Below are positions 25,805 through 38,608 of a stretch of DNA of 64,000 nt, piece by piece. The notes beneath the pieces were generated by a model that saw nothing but the letters and a program-made list of their open reading frames with translations, was not told the DNA's origin and did no database searches. The number at the start of each line of letters is the position of its first letter. Position 1 is the stretch's first letter. This stretch comes from Lobosporangium transversale (lineage: Eukaryota). The stretch spans positions 1,550,001-1,614,000 of the forward strand of contig NW_019028979.1 in the NCBI RefSeq assembly GCF_002105155.1. The letters are read 5' to 3'. The translations under genes and the position numbers were made by a program.

Positions 25805-26628
25805 ATGGCCTCTGGATACGGTTACAGCGGTGGTAAGACAGTTGCAAAGAAAAAAATAAACAAAAACGATCGTATTCAATGGAGAGCATGGAAGTACACA
25901 AATGCAATGGAGAAACTGGTCCAACTAACAATTGTGCCTCAACTATCTTTTTTCATTCATCTCAAAACATCCGAAATTCCGACGTTACCGGATTTATAAT
26001 AAACTTATTGACTCTAACTGGACCTGTTGTAACATGTTTTTGCCTTGAACGACTGTTCATCCCCTGCGATCATTATTATCATTATTCTTTCCACTCGACC
26101 TTGATTTTTGGACACCCACACCACTCTGCCGACTTCGTTTGTTGAATCTATGATAAACAGGACGCAGCAGATGCTATCCTTTCTGGCAAGAGTTCCACAA
26201 ATGCTACGCTCTGGCTGACAAACCCGAGGAGTGTGTTCTCCAGCGCGACGACTACCTTGAATGTCTTCACCACAGCAAGGAGGTAAGGGATCGAAAAGAG
26301 ACTTGGCAACGACAGGATAAAAAAAAAGAAAGAGAACACTGGATTCTGAAGTCATCAATGGCTCCATGTTTTAATATGTGACGTTGATGGAATAATTTCA
26401 TTTGCTGTTAGTATTGACGCCTTTTGCTTTTTTATGCGGGTGTGTTATGTGGCATGTGATGTATAGATCCTCCGCACAAGGACTGTTCAGAATGAGTATT
26501 ACAAGCAGAAAGAGAAGCGCGCCAAGGAAGCTGCTGCTTCGAAGAAGAAGGCCGATTCCGCCACCGCCAGTAATGTACCACGGCTGAACGTTGTGGAAGA
26601 AAAGGCTAAGGAGAATGCCTCAGCATAG
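25805..26628 (+). CDS. NDUFS5: NADH:ubiquinone oxidoreductase 15 kDa subunit (NDUFS5, twin CX9C-type). Exons 25805-25832, 26161-26282, 26467-26628
   Basis: Spliced translation MASGYGYSG|GRSRCYPFWQEFHKCY...EECVLQRDDYLECLHHSKE|ILRTRTVQNEY; not present as one ORF in the track. Confidence 0.9.
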
Positions 26629-28120
26629 GACAGAAAATAGAAGATTGAGCTAATTAAAGATGAATAGCAGTGGAATATATGAACAGATTAGTTTTCTATA
26701 TATATTTCGTATTTTTTTTTTCTTCAGGCACCATTGCTAATGATTATAGCTATGATCAAAAAAGTAAACAAAGCTTAGCTACAAGGATGATGGCATTAGC
26801 ACTATTCATTTGATAATGCCATTTTCAAAGGTATTCTAATAAGAACTATTAGGATATAGAAAACAACTGATTTATTTATTCCACGGTGAACGAATTTGAG
26901 ATTAATAACATTTTAAAACAGAAAAGCCGTTTGCAACCGTCCACATGCAGGCAAAAAAAAGGTAACCCGCGGTGATAAATGGGATACAAAAACTGAAGGG
27001 GTGGTAAATCACTTCTGTTTGTCGCCTATTTCAGCATTATGCAAAAGGAATCGCAATCAGATGAAGAAAAAAGAAGGAAAAAAAGAGGAGCATTTCCAGA
27101 TAGGAAATTTGTCGTAGAAAGCTAATGAGCTTTCAAATGAGCATTTTGTTATCATTTCTAACCAGAGTTGATAAGAGGACAAAGGTTATTACGACTTGAC
27201 CTTCAGACCTTCATTCTTTATTTTATTTTTTATTTTGTGGATTAGAAAAGACGCAAGTAACAACATTCCCAATCCCCAGCCCCATTTTGTTGACTGCCGA
27301 ATATGGATTAAATTTCTTTCAAACCATGGCGTGGAGGAAAGATCTTGAAGCAAAATCAAAAAGAGCAATGATTAACAACATTAGTGGCAGAGTAATCTCT
27401 AAAGTGTTCGCCTTTTCTCATACTGTTACTTCGCAGACGCGCTTACAATCTGAATAGTGGCCAAAGAATACGATTATTTGTTCTTTTAGTATATTCACCC
27501 ATAACTATCTTACAAACATTCCAGTTTTCCTCGAACCTAATGAAGTACTCACTATTCAGGCTAGATCATCACCTTGCATTGTTATGACTCTACCTACACC
27601 TTTTTTTTTTTTTTTTTTTTTTTTTACTAATGCCTGATCTATCAGTCTCCAAAAGTACTAACCTTACAGCCTGATCTTGATCCCTGCTCATGCTCTTCCT
27701 TTGTATCCAACCTACCATCTACTCAGCTCTCCCCCTCTGTCTCTCTGCTTCTCCTCTTCCTTTTTGCTTGCATTCTCTTTAACTGTCTTTTTTTTTTACT
27801 TTTCTATTTCTGAAGGCCCTATCTACGACTATTCTCTAGTTTATATCTTTTTTTCTCCCTCTTGTTCCCTTCTTCTCCTTCTCTTCCTTTTCTCTCTTTT
27901 CTCGATAATTTCTTCTCGGCATCACATTAATATATCTGACCTCACTTGCAACGCTAGTTTACTAATTATATATACATTTTTATCTATCTCCAGTCCTTTA
28001 TCTCGCTCCAACTCGATCGTTCCAATCGCCATCATTATCGTTATCACTAACCTCATGTCTTTAACTATTTTACATACATACTTGACAACTATATAAACGA
28101 GAAACAGAAAAAAGCACACC

Positions 28121-31100
28121 ATGGGAAACGTTTATTCAATCATATTATGCGATCGGGATCTACATCATCTTCCAGATGACATCTATAAACATCATAAACA
28201 TGTCACGAAGCTGCTGCTTCGTCGAAACAATATAGCAGAGATCCCACAAGAGATTAAAATCTTGACCAATTTAGTGGAATTGAGTTTAAGAGACAACTTA
28301 CTGACGTCTGTGCCACCGGAGGTAAAATAAAATAGAGTAGTCGGGATTAGGATCGTTGGGCTGTCAATCACAATCTGAATGTAACGTGTACAGCGCACGG
28401 ATGACGCGTTCATGCAGTATTTGCGCGACTTTGTTTTTAAAATCTCCCTGTCAATCAGATACATACGTCTGTGTGAGCATCAACCAATTTGCTGGGATCA
28501 CCAAGTTGCATGGAGAGTCATTGACTGGAGTGATAGCTATGGATTGACAGACATACGGATAGAGATTAAAGACAGACAAAAAAAAACTGACGTTGTCTGT
28601 TGTGGTGGGATTGTTCTATCATCTAGTTAGCCTGTCTGAGGTTACTTCAAAAATTGTCTCTTGCAAATAATCGGATCCAAGAACCGCCCGAACCTATCGC
28701 TACATTCAGTCACCTCACATGGCTCTCTCTCGCCAGCAACACGTAAGGATAGAGAAAGCTTGGAAGAGTATTCAATCGCTTTATTTTATTTTATTTTATT
28801 TTATTTTATTTTTTTTTCTTTTGCAAATGAGAAATAATGTATCAAGTTTATTATATTGTGCGTGTTAACTTGTATACGCATACTTGTGGATGCATTTAAT
28901 GTTTACTATCCTATCGATACTATTTTGCCCTTTAGACTTACAAGTCTCCCGGACTCATTCTCTAAGCTGCAAAAGTTGACTTCACTGGATCTTCAACGGA
29001 ACCGGTTTAGCACTATCCCGGAATGTATATTCAACATGCAGTCTCTCAACATTCTACTGCTACAGAAGAACCGAATTACAGTAATTTCCCCCAAAATCGG
29101 TCGGTGTACACAGTTAGTGTCCTTGAATCTATCTTACAATCGAATTCAACATTTGCCCATTGAGATGATAGACTGTAGAGACTTGCAGCACTTGCTCTTG
29201 AGCGTTAACAATATCCAAAACTTGCCTGCCGAGTTATGTGAAGCTTGGGAGAATCTTTTGAATCTGGATTTACACACCAATGATCTAAGGACTTTGCCTG
29301 ACCAACTTGGATGCATGAAGTCCCTGCGCCGTCTAAATTTGGCTATCAATAAGATTATAGAAATCCCTACTACCATAGGGCAGCTCCAGCTACTCGAGTG
29401 GTTAAACTTGAATGACAACAAGCTGGAGACTTTACCTGAGTCAATGCAGAGCATGCAATCGCTCGTCAAGATGGGTATTGTACAAAACAGACTGCGAACA
29501 CTACCGGCTGCTTTGGCCAAACTCAATTCGCTATACAAACTGGATTGCCGAAGAAACAATATTGAGTGCTTGCCAAGTATATACAAGGATATGCAGGGAA
29601 TTCACAGTCTACTCCTAGAAGAAAACCCACTAACAGTCAAGTATGGGATCTCTTATTTCAGTCAGCAGCCACCTTCATTGCTCGAGCTAGCTTCAAGAGC
29701 GGTCCTGGAGCTATGCCATCCACAAAGAGAATATGTCTTACCCCCGAGCCTTGTTCATTCGCCTTCGACCTCCGCCCCACAGGGGTCTCAGGATCTTGGG
29801 GATGGCTCAGGGACGGGGATTGTGCAATTGATACCCCTTATAGCGGACCTAGGCATGACAAGGTCATCGACAATGCCGACAGCCACCTCTATGTTACATT
29901 CTACAACGCCTCAAAAAAGTCGCTATAACTTCTTCAGCCGGACCTGCTCCGTTGTTCATCCGCAACCACAGCCCAAACCAGCACGCACCTCTACAATTCC
30001 GTCATCGCGCTCAACTGAATCACCGTCCTCAACTTCTTCATCATCTACATCGTCATCTTCAACGTCTTCGGATTCGTCTTTCCCCTCGTCTTTTATGCTT
30101 TCTTCTCATCCTCCTGCCTCCACCTCGATCCCTGAACATAATTACCAAGTGGCTGGGCATGCTTTTTCAGAGAGTAGCTCTGGCAAAATGAAGCGGCTTA
30201 AATCCTCACCTCGGGTCCTTCGATCATCTTCCTTATTCTGGAGGTCTTCTAGAAGCCAACAGGAAAGAGCACGGCAGGTAGATCAAGGTACACCGCCCCC
30301 TTCTACAATACAGCAGCAGCTTTCTATGCAGATGCAGATGTCTATACCCGGCCGTAGTAGCTCCATTCTTACATTTCATTCGACTGTCAACGCTGGGGTC
30401 CCCAAGATCACCTCAAGAAGGAAGGCACGCCCCATCAAGATGGACCGCCTCCTCGACCAGGAAACATCGCCTTTACCTATTGCTTTGATCGATCGATTAT
30501 CGAGGCCGATGACTCTATGCGACTACTGTTCTCGCCGGATGTGTACCTCTGGATGGATTGATTTTCTCGAGCCTGCTATTGTGGGTAGTTCCAGAATGAT
30601 TACCCCAGTCCGTTATCGGATGTGTTCACTTCAATGCATCCGACAACAACATCGAGAAAGCTTTGGAGTGGAGCTGACAGAACTGTTTGAGACTGCTGAT
30701 TTTCATGTGGAGGCAAATGGGGATATTGTGGGGTTAAGGCCGATTGTTCCAGGTGAATTGGATGGCTACATGATCGAGGCTGTACAGGAGGCCGCGGATA
30801 CTGCAGGCATTTCCATTGTGCATCTGTTTGAGCAGCAACAGCAGCAGCAGGAAGGTGCAGAAGCGGGGAACCATACTTTTATATTACCTCATGATAACAT
30901 GCCAGCGAGCAGCTCAATCGCCGATTTTCACCAGATAAACCGACCTAATAGCTCGATCCTTCATTCACAAAGGCAGAGGCATATGCGGCCAACTCTAGGC
31001 TCTTCATCTATATTTCGTCAAACGGCAGCCCGATCTCGCCCTTCACTACCGCCTCCGATTATACCAGTTGAAATCCAAGTCGATTCACAGGGGCAGCTTC

Positions 31101-31414
31101 GCAGGGTTGTGTACCGCCAAAATAGGGATAGACACAGTGGTAGCAACAGTAACAATGAAGGAACTCGTAGGCGGTTACTGGACACCTTCCGATCATTTGG
31201 GAGCCAAGTAGCAGGGCAAGGAGGTATTGCCAATGGAGTAGGAGGCGGGGCTGGTGTTTTTGCAGCAGCAGGATTAGGGCAGCACTCTAATGCAAATGGT
31301 GGTGGGTACCGTGCCGCAGATACAGCAGCCATGAGCACCGGGGGAGGGGCTACGAGAGTTGCGGGAGAAGTAATGAATGTTACAACATTTGCAGTGGAGT
31401 TGGAGAGGTTTTGA
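28121..31414 (+). CDS. Leucine-rich repeat protein with BC-box-like motif and C-terminal Cys cluster (LRRC58/LRRC28-like architecture). Exons 28121-28321, 28627-28742, 28936-31414
   Basis: About 14 LxxLxLxxNxL repeats including a 116-nt exon (LACLRLLQKLSLANNRI); PPSLLELASRAV; CDYC...MCSLQC. Confidence 0.82.
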
Positions 31415-31548
31415 ATGTCCAAATATATTTCCAGATAGCTTTGCCACTAAAAAGTGACATGTGACTGGCTCTTGATCAAAACAATGCTTTGACAAATGAA
31501 AGTACTTTAACCTCATATTCTCTATAGTTATACCAAAGCAATGGAAAC

Positions 31549-32912
31549 ATGGCTTCCCAGGCAAACATCAAAGACATGAATGAATGTAATTCAAAGGGGA
31601 CAACGACCAGAACGAACCATAAAAAATATACTTCACCATTTTCTCAGTTTGACATCTCGTCGACTGATGTACTCGATACTATTGAAAAAAAGCATTGCCC
31701 AACATGCAACAAGAATGTTCGCTACTTTTGCAACAAGTGTCTCAACCTAGTGAACTGTCCCAAGGGGTCTGTTCCGCAGTTGAAGCTCCCTATTAAGATT
31801 GATGTAATCAAACATGAGCAGGAAAGAGATGGGAAATCTACAGCGTTACATGCCAAAATATTAGCACCACAGGATGTTGAGGTGTATGGGTGGAAAAGTA
31901 TGCCAAAATATGAGGACGTAGATCGACTGTTGCTACTATTCCCAAGCCCGGTAAGTATCTCTCTCTTTTTTTCTCTCTCACCTTTTTTTTATATGCTAAT
32001 ATAGCCCTCTTTTTTTTTCTGATCCATTTCAGGATGCCAAGCGTCTGTCCGAGATTGATCCTGCTTCGTTCGACAAACTAGTAGTGATTGATGGAACTTG
32101 GGACCAGGCAAACAAAATGTCTAAGAGCAATAGCCCGTTATTACGGATGAAGCGAGGTAAATGATGTCATCATGCAATGTTTGAATGTTTGTTATAAGCT
32201 TTCATGAGGCCACCGTACGTTCTACAATATCAGGATACGACTCACAGAAATGATCACATGCTTCCCATCTTCTCTCTTTTGTCAAATACGATTTGAATTT
32301 GATGTAGTGACTATTGCACCACACGAAACGTTGTTCTGGAGGCATCAGAGGAAAGCAGATGACCATTTAGCAACGATTGAGGCGATCTATTACTTTTTGC
32401 GGGAATACCATGAGACTTATCTCTCAGATGTACCTGAACCCATCATGTCATCAGGATCATCAAATCAAGCTTCATTAGCGTCAGGAACAACGAAAGTGAT
32501 AGATGAGTCTTCAAGCACTGATTCAGCAGTATCTACTCCACAAGATTCGTGGACTTCAGTTTCTTTAGATCAGGATGCTGTCGCAGACAAAACCATTACT
32601 CCACACAAGGAATGGATTGAGTCTAAGAAATTGGGTCCGTATACGAATCAATTTGATGATATGTTGTGGTTTTATAAGTACTTTTACGAGTTAATTCAGA
32701 GGACATATCGGGAACGAACTGATGGCCGTGAATTTACCATGAAGCATAAAGCAGGGTATATTCGGTATAATGAAGAAGTCAAAGAAAATGGAGATAAAGA
32801 AAGAAGCGAGACTAGTAATAACACTAATAGTCATAGAGAGGATAGTGAAGAGAAAGGTGGATCAACAGAGATCCCAGCAACAGCTTCAGTTGCAACGCTA
32901 TCTACTGAATGA
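31549..32912 (+). CDS. DTWD1: DTW-domain tRNA-uridine aminocarboxypropyltransferase (DTWD1-like). Exons 31549-31950, 32033-32156, 32308-32912
   Basis: N-terminal CPTC..FCNKC, KHEQERDGKSTALHAKILAP, VVIDGTWDQA, FWRHQR, LATIEAIYYF and FDDMLWFY. Confidence 0.88.
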
Positions 32913-33150
32913 GAATCAAACAATGCAATAAAGAAATCACCTGCAAGGGCTGCATAAATTACATTAAAGGCTCGAGTGGGAGTGCGTATATAAAAAAATA
33001 ATGTTTCGGAAATGAAAGTGTGAGATAGTCTCCATTTTGTGCCCTTCCGAAGAGTTTAGAGCGTTTGGGCTAATTAGACAAAAGAGTGTTTAAAAGGGTT
33101 TATTTAGCTTGTGAAAAAATCGCTCCCTTTTTTTTGTAAATGTAATTGTT

Positions 33151-33193
<43 letters not shown>

Positions 33194-33641
33194 ACAGCCC
33201 TTTACGAGAGCTCCAAATGCATTTTTGGTGCTTGCTGGCCAAGTTTGGCATATCCGTCAAATAGCTAGAAACTAAAGAGTTGAACCAGTGGTGATTTGGG
33301 ATTATGTACAAGTTGCCGGATCGGATATTGATCTTGTTTTTATGACACGTGCTTGATGTAATAAAAAAGAAAAAAAGTTAAATTTAATTGCCAGATGGAG
33401 GGTCATCATACACTCGGATTGAAATAGACTCTGATAAATTGCGGGCTTGACTGATTTAAACTAGTTTGATTTTTTTACTGTCTTCTCCTTGAAAAAAAAA
33501 AAAAAAAAAAAAACTTTCTTTACCATTGTTCCTTCTGTTTGGATTCTTAGTTGATTACAACTTCACCTTGCACATTCTTCGCCTCGCCAATTCCTCGCAT
33601 TGCATTGTCATTGTCATTGCATTGCACTCAACACTACAACA

Positions 33642-36299
33642 ATGCCTACAATTCTTAACAACGGTCATGGTCACTCTGCTGACATTGCTATTGACGCCAG
33701 CTTACTTACTGTACCAGCAAGTTTCGATTCTACGCCAACTGGTTGTCACCACTCTATAGACCACCCCGGATTTACGTCCGAGGACGTACCTCTACTGTCT
33801 CACTCACCCTCACTCTCAATGTCCCCTCCACGCACGCCGATGTTTCCACCGTCAACACCCTGTTTAGATACCCCCTCTCAATCCCCTGCTCTCTCCGCAG
33901 CTACAACCATATCCACATCAACATCTACATCTTTTTCAGAAGATGAGCATGCAACTAAAATCGAACCATCAGTAGAATCTCCATCACAACTACCAAAATA
34001 CAATGGAAAGGAGTCTTCCTCTATCTCTATTATAGCAGCAGAAAGTTTATCTTTTTCATTAGCGACCCATCCTGCAGTAGTTTATGCATCCGAGCGACTT
34101 TCTGACCAAGACTACACTTCAAAGCTCCATACCGTCAAAGTTTTCGATTTTGATCATACATTGTTTCGGTCTCCACTGCCGAATCCTGCACTCTGGGATC
34201 CATCGTTTCTAGGGATCTTGACTTCTTGGAACTACTGTGGTACAGGGTGGTGGCACAATCCAGGCACACTGGAGCTTGGACCGGAGGTGGAGGCAACTTG
34301 CTGGGAAGGATGGTGGAATGAAGAAATTGTAAGTGTTTTTCCTACTTTCCCCCCCTTTATTCATTTTCGATGATTTCATATGACAGAAAAATGATGCGTC
34401 TCAAGACGAAAATTCAGGTTCAAAATGAAGACATGAAGTACTTTGGCGGAAATTGGCATCCCTCCTTTTAGGCGCCGTCATCTTTAATTCAGTCCAAATG
34501 TTTTTGATACATATTTTGTGGTGATTATGGATACATTTAAAGAGATGAAGTAAAACATACGCAACTCATAAGGAGTGCATACAAGATGAATGTTTTTTTT
34601 TCTATTTTTTATTTATTTTTGGGCTCATCTGTGTCTGTGCTGTGCATCAACGCGATCTTGGAATGACAACACTATCGGGATGCAGACACTGACCCTTTAA
34701 TTTTCCCCTATTACATATTTTTTCTTGTAGGTCAGGGAAGTTCGCAAGTCATCGGAAGATCCAGGATGTTTGACGGTTCTCCTGACTGGAAGAAATGGAC
34801 CCACATTTGGAGAGAAGCTCGTTGAAATGGTTGGGCGTAAGGGACTGGATTTTGATCTTATCGCAATTAAGCCTACGACTGTCGCACGAATAGAGAGCAA
34901 ACTCGCATCTGTACCTACCAATGGGGGTCCTCAATCCGTGGAACGATACCTCAAAGTCCATACGTTTAACACAAAACATGAGTTTCTGTATAACCTATTA
35001 TTCGAATACCCCAGCATTCGATCTATGTTCCTCTGGGACGATCGTCCTTGTCAGGTCGCAAAGTTTCGTCAAGTTGGGCAAGAATGGCTAGAAAAAAAGC
35101 TCTTGGATAACTTTGACATCACAGTCGTGCAGGAACCTCTGTTGTTCATGGATCCGCAGCGTGAGATCGATTTAGTACTGGCTATGGTTGAGGCTAACAA
35201 TCAGCAAGTTGACATTGAAGTATCTGGAGGACCATTCCTAGTCCCGGGCGTTGGTGCTATTCCCAAGACGAGGCCTGAATTGGAGGGCCTGAACATCTGG
35301 GATCCATATGAGACATATGTTCCACAAATTAGACGCAAGATTGAGCTCACCGATATTGTAAGGTACACAGGCATCATGTTTTCAGCTACTGTACAAAGTA
35401 TCATGAAACAGATGCTCGGTATTCAAGAATACTCTAATGGATATCCATCAACAGCGGTAATAGAGTGTCCTCAATGGATTAAGCGGCCAAGTATGCTTCG
35501 AGGACAGGATTTAAGCAAGTGGGTTGTACCTGATGATTTACATGTCACCTTATGTCTCGGATCTGCTAGTAAAGAGCACCTGGAGTCAGTTGGTGGACTG
35601 AATGCGACTGTATTGGTGGAGGTAGAGGCGCTCGGTGAGTTTGAAGGACGAGTATGGGCTTTAAAAGTAAAAGAGTTTAATACCGATGAGGAAAGCAATG
35701 TGGACACACGTCAACTCCAGATTATAGCGCCAAATGGACAAATTTACTCGAGTCTCGATGCATTGCGCACAGCATATGCATCATATGAATCAGCAGGAGA
35801 CGAGCTATACCCGCAAGTTGACCTAAAGCACCTTGGTCATCTTGTTTCAGTACATGAATCTACACCACACATCACCATGGCCTACGACCGACTCAATGGG
35901 ACACGTGCGGTTGACTCTGGAAGGATCATAGAGTGGGAGCCTTTGGAGAATGCATCGCTTTCAGATAATGGATCAACACGCTATCCTTACCGATTGGTGT
36001 TTGTGGGTACGATTGGTGAGAAGAAGCTGCTCGGGATGAAGACGCCGAAGGCATCTGATCAACATATTCCTAAAGCCGAAGTCAGTGTTGCCAACATCAT
36101 CAAGAGTTTAACAGGAGATAAGCAGATTTCTGGAAAGGAGCTCGGAGAGATGGTCCGCTGTGTCAAGGAAGATATGGAACGACTTTCGGTCGAAAATCGA
36201 CTCGAGAATGAAGAACGAATTGCGATCATAGCACAGGAAATCTGTGATCGAGTCGAGACCAAGAAGTGTGCAGCAGTACAACACCATGGCGCTCGGTAG
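33642..36299 (+). CDS. 'Swiss Army Knife' RNA-repair-like HAD phosphatase fused to a putative 2H phosphoesterase domain. Exons 33642-34328, 34731-36299
   Basis: HAD motifs FDFDHTLFRSPLPNPALW, LLTGR and WDDR; WEGWWNEEI; two HxT motifs (LHVTL, PHITM) in the C-terminal half. Confidence 0.78.
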
Positions 36300-37272
36300 A
36301 TAGCACTGACATGGCTAAACGACTACCATTGTACTTTAGATGACTAAATAAACTATTTAATGATTGTTTTTTCTAATGCTATTCATGGCGATATTTGAAG
36401 TTGCTCGAAATTCAGATTTGCTAAACTGACTTTTAAGCATAAATAAGTACCCTGTTTGGAGAAATCGGAGACGATGGCATCCATGTAAAAGTAAAGTCTC
36501 CTAAATAAAAAGGGAGTCCAGAACGCCTTATTTCAGGCTCTCCGCATACTGCCTTTAAAAATGCTTCATAGGTAGTAGTTGAGTGGTCGAATACCCATCC
36601 TTAAGTGGAAAGCTGAACAAAGATCTCATTATCGTCAATGCTTTTAATCATAAGCAACCTTGATAGATCATTGATTTCTTTACACAAATGTTACTATAGA
36701 GGATGCAACTTGAAACAATTTTGTTTGGTTGTAAGCGGCTGCATCGCTAAATCTGGCACGACCGACAAGGATTCGTGTGAATGAAGTATCTCAGCCATCA
36801 AAGTACGCGTTTAGGTTGATGTTCAGGCGACCTTTCAATTCTCTTATATTTGGCCAATTGTTTATGGTCCATGTCGTATCCTCTGGTTGTATATGCTGAT
36901 GCTTATCGCGCGTGAACACTAACTTCTCCAGGTCCTTCAGGCTAGCTAGTTCATCTAGGCCAACCCTTCGCTGTAAGTCCAGTGCGTGTTGCTTCATTTG
37001 AGCTATGCCATGTTGCCAGGCTAAGAGAGCGTAGTTGGATCAAATTGGCTAGCTGTCTGAACACAATGCGCTGTTTCTCCATGCCTTCTGTGGCCCCTTG
37101 ATCGGCATCAGCCTTGAGATAGATGTCCAGGTCAGCCAATTTGGTGCTGACCCATTCTGCACCACCGACAATTCCTGTCATCGTGATTTCAGGTCCTATC
37201 AGTTGCTTCAGGCATGGTCAACTAGATAAGATTACTTGCACAATATCATTCGTCTTGAAGGCATGTACTGTA

Positions 37273-38608
37273 CAGTCACCCGAAATAAATTATTGAAATT
37301 AAGAATATTTATTTACATTTTTTGAATAATCTGGGCAAACAGCTCATATGCAGCATACACAAAGACTTTATCAATCAACATGAAAGTTCGTAATTTTATC
37401 GAAAAGGCTATTGTGGTTATTTACTGAAGTTCTTGGGGTATATTAATTGACTAAGAGAAGTACTACGCGGGTTCAATAACCAGTGTACCTTCCTTTGGCC
37501 CCCTTCACCTCTATCAACCTTTCTGGCATGGAGTTAACAAGGATAGCCAGCTCCGCTTGTGGCAACTTGTCCCACTCCTCAACCAGAGCCGCTCCGAGGC
37601 TAGCGAGATCTCTTGGCCCTTTGGTGCGTCTATCAAGTGCAACCGCGAGAAGTGACCACACGTGCTCAATGGAGTTTAAATCTGGAGAGCATGCAGGCCA
37701 GTCTGGAATCCTTGAGATGTTGTTATTTTCGTGCCATTCCCTTGCAACTTTGCATGTATGGACTGGTGCATTATCTTCCATGAGAATACCATCCTCCACC
37801 TCAGCCATAAACCTGGCTAGCTCACATTTATACACATCTTCCACGAAAGATGGTCCATCCCTACGCCCTCGTTGAAATATAACCAACCGGGACCTTCTGG
37901 TCGCTGTAATCGCTCCCCAGGCCATTAGGGATGTCCTACCACTCTTGAAAGTAGGCGCAACGCAACCGTAGTCGTACTTTTCCTGTGCTGTGCGCCAAAC
38001 TCTTATTTTACGAAAGTGCGCACCAACTTCAAAGGATGACTCGTCAGACCAAACTACCCGACTCCAATCTTCTATAGACCATTTTTTATATTTTTTGACA
38101 AACTTCAGCCGCCTCTCTATGTGCTCTGCGCTTAAGAATGGTTTAGGGACAGCAACCCGGCTGAAAATGCCTAAGAAATGCAGCTCCTTTTCAACTGTCC
38201 TCTTACTCACTTTTTTGGGCAATAAGTTGGTGATCTCCTGAAGAGTAACCCTCCTTTCTCTCTTACTATTGCGCACAATGCTTCTGATGTCGCGAGCACT
38301 CAGTAGTTTTGGACGTCCTGGGGTTTGGGCGCGAGCACTGGTTCCTCTTTCATGATATACCTTGATAATGTGATAAACTGTTGATAGATTCACGCCGCGT
38401 TTCAATGCGATATCCACGCCTTTCAGGCCTGCGAGATGCATTTCGATGATGATGCTTTTAGCCTCGATATCCAGGTTTTTTTGGCATGATGGTTATTTCA
38501 AATTGTTAATATATGGATAATGGGAAAGGGAGATATTGAAGACAATTGCTTTTTATCGCGTAGACCATTTTGAATTTTATTATCTCAATAATTTATTTCG
38601 CGTGACTG
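37273..38608 (-). mobile_element. Full-length Tc1/mariner (ITm) DNA transposon, 1336 bp, with TA target-site duplication
   Basis: TIRs CAGTCAC(C/G)CGAAATAAATTATTGA at 37273-37296 and 38585-38608 (1 mismatch in 24), each flanked by TA (37271-72, 38609-10). Confidence 0.95.
37473..38487 (-). CDS. Tc1-family transposase (DD35E); the likely ATG at 38487 is separated from the main ORF (38441-37473) by a +1 frameshift in an A7 run
   Basis: HTH region with GRPKLLS; VVWSDESSF, EDNAPVH and SPDLNSIEHVW. Removing one A gives MPKNLDIEAKSIIIEMHLAG. Confidence 0.9.

Noticed and set aside
27677..28096. 139-aa hydrophobic ORF upstream of the LRR gene
   Set aside because: Translation of a C/T-rich 5' UTR/promoter, with a non-ATG start and no family motifs.
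37215..37225. In-frame TGA at a conserved Cys position (SS*P vs SSCP), a possible selenocysteine codon
   Set aside because: Lies in a pseudogene with frameshifts, a deletion and a transposon insertion, so ordinary decay explains it.
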